NCBI GenBank assembly: GCA_965603825.1
Contig: CBFDEM010000046.1
Span: 434,001-498,000 of the forward strand
Length of the DNA stretch: 64,000 bases
Reading direction: 5' to 3'
Origin: Blepharisma stoltei ATCC 30299
Lineage: Eukaryota > Protista > Ciliophora
Shown here piece after piece: positions 59,934 through 64,000 of the stretch. The notes below the pieces were generated by a model. It saw nothing but the letters and a program-made list of their open reading frames with translations. It had not been told where the DNA came from and searched no databases. Each line of letters opens with the position of its first letter. Position 1 is the first letter of the stretch. The position numbers and the translations under genes are program-made.

Positions 59934-61130
59934 ATGGAAGTATTAGAAATTGACGTTCTTGGAGAAATCTTAAAGTATTTAGAGCCCAAAGAACTGTCAT
60001 TAATTCTTAGAACTTCAAAGGCATTTTATGCCTATGGTACTATGGATTCAATATGGAAAACTCACTGTAATTTGCTGTTTCCTTGCTACGAAAAAGGAGA
60101 ATTTTATAATTATATTAAGACAGAAATTTGAAATTATTTAAAAATTGTTCGGGCCTTCCACCAAATGGTCTGTGAGATAAAGTCAAGATATCCTCAGCAT
60201 CCGGTATATAAATGCTTGAGGGAAAGAGGCAGTACCACTTTGGAGATTTTTTATAAGAATATTTATGTTGGCTCAGATTTGAAAATTTCGCCTGAGTCGG
60301 TGCTCAGTCAGTTCAAACAAGCCATAGGGATGGATATGCCATATGATTTATATCACATTTATATGACATATGATGGCCAGAAGCTTGCTGGTGTTGCAGG
60401 ACTTTTTGGGACATATAGATTTTATGAATACTTAACAGTTATGATGCTATTGCCTTTAAAAAAGGCTCTAAAAAAGACTGAATTTCCCTTGTTTTGTTTT
60501 GCAGCATCTCCATATTCAGAACAAAAAATTCTCTATGATTTGACTGGAGTTCTTGGAAAAGGAGCTGGAGCAATTTATTATAATACAGGAATCAGAAATA
60601 CCTATTTATATTTATTTCCTTCCATAACAGATTTTCTTACATTATATGCAGGGAAATTGATCTCTGGGGCGATAGAAATAGAGCCAAAAAAAATAGAAGC
60701 CTTTGAATCAAATGAGTTTTGCAGCGATGTCACTACTGAAGGGATTAGAGTTACTGTAAAAAGTTTATTTGTCCCTCACCTTAGCAGTAGGGAAAGATAT
60801 ATTTGAGCTTATCAGGTAGGAATAGAGCCAAACGAGCCATTAAAAAGGTGGCGCTTATCGACGAGAACTTGAAATATCACTGATAGCTATGGAAGAGTTG
60901 ATAGGGTGGTCCGTCAGCCAGGACTTATTGGGCATTTTCCTGAAGTCTATCAAGGCTCAAAAAAGATGACTTTCGAAAACTGTTGCATTCTTCCAACCAC
61001 ATCTGGAACAATGGATGGGTATTTTACATTTGTGAATATAGACAATGAGTCAGAAACTGTTGATGCAAAAATAGGAGCTTTTCAGCACAGGCTGCCTTTG
61101 GGGTCTACATTCGTGACATATAATTTATAA
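59934..61130 (+). CDS. F-box + SMI1/KNR4 + ApaG protein (FBXO3/SKIP16-like), 398 aa, three TGA=Trp
   Basis: F-box VLGEILKYL; YDGQ..GLFG.Y.FY; ApaG TTEGIRVTV, YIWAYQ, RTWNITD, GTMDGYF. Confidence 0.88.
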
Positions 61131-61302
61131 AGCATTTTTAATAATGATTAGAAATGCATCATTTTATTAATGATTTTATTAAATCTAATATGTTCAGCTT
61201 AAATATAAAACTCAAAATAAATAGTATTTCCCAATAATTGAATTTTCAAATACTGAATATTTAAAAAATTTTATTTTATTTCTGATAAACATAAAATTTA
61301 AG

Positions 61303-61596
61303 ATGGGATGCGTTACTTCTCAAACAAAATGTGCAAAGACTGCGCCACATGTGGATGAAATAAATCGCACCACTGCTCCTCGAATAATGGCTCCAAAAGC
61401 TCCAACTTTAGCTGCTACTCCTGAAAAAGAGACTGAACTTCTCCCAAATTCCTTAAGGAAATTGTCTTTGTTTGTTGTGGGAGAAGAAGCTTCAGCATTA
61501 GAAGAATCTGCAATTCCTCCCGCAATTTCTGCAAGCCAGCTATCTAATCAAGTCAGAACGCAGCTTCAGCCTGATCCAAGAATCTCTATCTCTTAA
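61303..61596 (+). CDS. Small protein with MGC acylation motif (97 aa)
   Basis: MGCVTS start, disordered composition. Confidence 0.65.
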   Translation: MGCVTSQTKCAKTAPHVDEINRTTAPRIMAPKAPTLAATPEKETELLPNSLRKLSLFVVGEEASALEESAIPPAISASQLSNQVRTQLQPDPRISIS

Positions 61597-61882
61597 GAAT
61601 TTTGAAATTGGAAAACTACAAAACAAAAAGGCATCATATTTATCTTAAATCATTTGTGAATTCAATGGAACTTTTCTATATATAAATTTAATATTTTTAC
61701 TGAATCCAAAGTTTTTTAATAGTTTTGCGTAAGAAAAGCTGCTTTTCTTGTTCTGTAAACCAATAATTGACAATTTTGCTTTTTTTCTATTTTCTTTGTA
61801 TTAGATGAGTAACTTGTTTATAATTCTCAATATTTTGTTTCTATGAAAAGGATTTCAATGTTACTTATTTAAATGGTTTACA

Positions 61883-62665
61883 TTATTGGCGAGTTGGGCT
61901 TTCTTCTTCTGCTACATCTCGTTCATTGATTGGCAAATCAAAGTAGGGTTCAATGATATCAGAGTCATCATCTTCAGCTTCTGTTTGAACTTCTGAACTT
62001 GTTTTGGAGCAAACTACAATTCTTCTTGGTACTGAAGCTGGTTTAACATTTCTCTCTTTACACTTTTTTACATGAATTATTGAACTTTCTCTATTAAAAT
62101 CTGCAGAAATTGGCCTTAAATCAGGGAAATTTATATTTCTCTTGGCAATTTCTGATTTTTTTTGTGAGTTTCTCAATGTTGTGGGTCGAAACATATAATT
62201 TTTTCATTCCACATTTAGATCGTCATACGTTGGCAAATAATGAATCCACGCAACCTCAATTTTTCTTTTTTCTTTATGTGATGATTTTGGAGGTTTTGAA
62301 ATATCTACTTGTGGCTTTTTGAAAATAAATTTCTTCAGGATCGACGGACTTTTTTTTCTAACTGAAGTTGCATCCCCTACATAATAATTTGGCTTCAAAA
62401 TAACTGATTTATTTATTGAGGTATAGCTATCAGCTTTTAAATGATGACAATTTGATGAGCTTGCAGTGATTACTGACTTTGGTCTTATACTGTAATCTTG
62501 ATTTTCCTTTGAGTTACTTCTTGTCCTTCTTGAAGATAACTTAAGGGTTGAAATTTGAGGAGATTTACGAATTCCACTTGAAAAATCTAGAGTCATCGAA
62601 GGTGTATGCTGACGAAAACTGTTATCGAGCTCAGAGAAATTAAATTGATGATAATATGAGTTCAT
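61883..62665 (-). CDS. Hypothetical low-complexity protein (260 aa), one TGA=Trp
   Basis: ORFs 62204-62665 and 61883-62194 are in frame across TGA 62204. Confidence 0.72.
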
Positions 62666-62835
62666 ATTTAACTAATTAGAATGCATTTTCAGTGTGTTAA
62701 TTAAAATGATTTCATCATATTAAAGAAATAAATTTTACAAAATTGCTGAATAGAATTTAAAATTAGTCTTTTTATAATCAAGAATAAATTGAGAATCAAT
62801 GAAATTCACTCATCAATTAAATTAATATTATTTAA

Positions 62836-63538
62836 ATGGAAGACCGCGAATGTATTTTTTCATTTAGCTGATGGAGCAGAATATGAAGAAGAACTTTCTA
62901 CAGATGGATGGATTCAGTGGTTTTGTAGCCTTGAAGGTCATGAGTTCTTTGTAGAAGTTGATGAAGAATTCATTAAGGAAAGCTTCAATCTTTACGGTCT
63001 CGTTCCAAAAGTTCCTCATTATCGTGAAGCATTAGAAATGATCTTATCTTTTGGCACTCCAGATGAAGATGATTTGCAAGACGACAAGTTTCTTGAATTA
63101 TATGGAGAAGCAACTGATCTATATGGCATGATTCATGCTCGCTATATATTATCACCTCGTGGATTAGCATTAATGAGAGAAAAATATTTATCAGGAAAAT
63201 TTGGCACTTGCCCAAGAGTTATGTGTGAAAGGCAAAATGTAATTCCTGTTGGAATTTCTGATGTTTTGAAAACTTCAAGAGTGAAGATATTTTGCCCAAG
63301 GTGCCAAGAAGCATACATTCCGAAACATAAGTATTCTGATGTAGATGGAGCTTACTTTGGAGCATCTTTTCCACATATTTTATTGCAATCTTATAGTGAT
63401 TTTTGCATACCTCCGCTGGCTGCTGAGTATACTCCTAAAATTTATGGGTTTAAATTATATAATCATAAAGGCTCAAAATATTATGAAAAACGATCAGATG
63501 ACCTAAATAATGATTTTAAGAAATCGAAGATACAATAG
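62836..63538 (+). CDS. CSNK2B: Casein kinase II regulatory beta subunit, 228 aa, one 16-nt intron
   Basis: WIQWFC..GHEFF, FNLYGL, LYGMIHARYI, CPRVMC..CPRC, DGAYFG; ATG 62836 joined by intron 62852-62867. Confidence 0.95.
62852..62867 (+). other. 16-nt intron GTATTTTTTCATTTAG
   Basis: GT..AG, A at -6; places ATG 62836 in frame (MEDRESDGAEY). Confidence 0.88.
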
Positions 63539-63671
63539 CCATGCTTAGATCCAAAAATATATAAAGCCTTTAAAATAATTTAACCTTTAAGAAGTTTATC
63601 ATGTTTAAATTTATCTGAATAAGCCTTCTTTTCTTGGATAAAATAATTAAGTAAACAAAATTCTTTATAAA

Positions 63672-64000
63672 ATGGCTCATCAAGACGAAGAACATTCCCA
63701 TTCAGAAGACCATCACTCTCATCATGACTCAGCCGATCATGCAGCTACTACCCATTCAGAAGAGCATCACTCTGATCACCACGGCCATTGGCAGCCTCCT
63801 CATTTCACTCCTGAGGAAAGAATTTTATGGGGCTATCCAAAAGGCATTCAAAACTCATGCACTGATAACCATGTCGCATTTGAAATGTGCACTCGTAAAA
63901 CTGCTGAAGGCGGTTTTCCTTTTAGATGGACTTTTAAGCTCCACTGGGCTGATCGTGTGCAATGTCAAAATGAATGAACTTCTTTAGTACATTGTGAAGA
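63672..64000 (+). CDS. His-rich twin-CX9C protein, NDUFB7-like (truncated by window end)
   Basis: C-TDNHVAFEM-C and C-QNEWTSLVH-C with TGA 63975 read as W; N-terminal His/Glu/Asp tract. Confidence 0.7.

Noticed and set aside
62789-62835. N-terminal extension of CK2beta in the ORF track
   Set aside because: TTG start in AT-rich leader; ATG 62836 plus a 16-nt intron gives a normal acidic N-terminus

Overview
AT-rich, very gene-dense eukaryotic DNA that reads as the macronuclear genome of a heterotrich ciliate, most likely Blepharisma. In-frame TGA repeatedly occupies conserved Trp positions (UGA=Trp), TAA/TAG are the only stops, and introns are 15-17 nt (GTA...A.....AG). The supplied standard-code ORF track therefore fragments many genes. 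Re-read with TGA=W and tiny introns, the window holds about 48 protein genes and one tRNA-Gly(UCC). Recognisable genes include eIF3b, ABCG, SDR, SF-assemblin, ATPTT7-like, several RING/TRIM/Kelch-BTB/F-box proteins, UBC13, an AGC kinase, TauE, Rab22/5-like, Rab7, cyclophilin, PLD, a KH protein, ferlin, a vWA protein, V-ATPase c, CK2beta and an NDUFB7-like protein. Most notable unexplained items: a 146-nt G:U-containing intergenic hairpin (19378-19523); a second stem-loop with back-to-back micro-ORFs (22554-22793); an apparent 17-nt intron that restores a PEHE motif; strongly gene-dependent UGA/UGG choice; and several unusual domain architectures. No mobile element, telomere or CRISPR is evident. 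All family assignments come from motif recognition by eye, not database searches.
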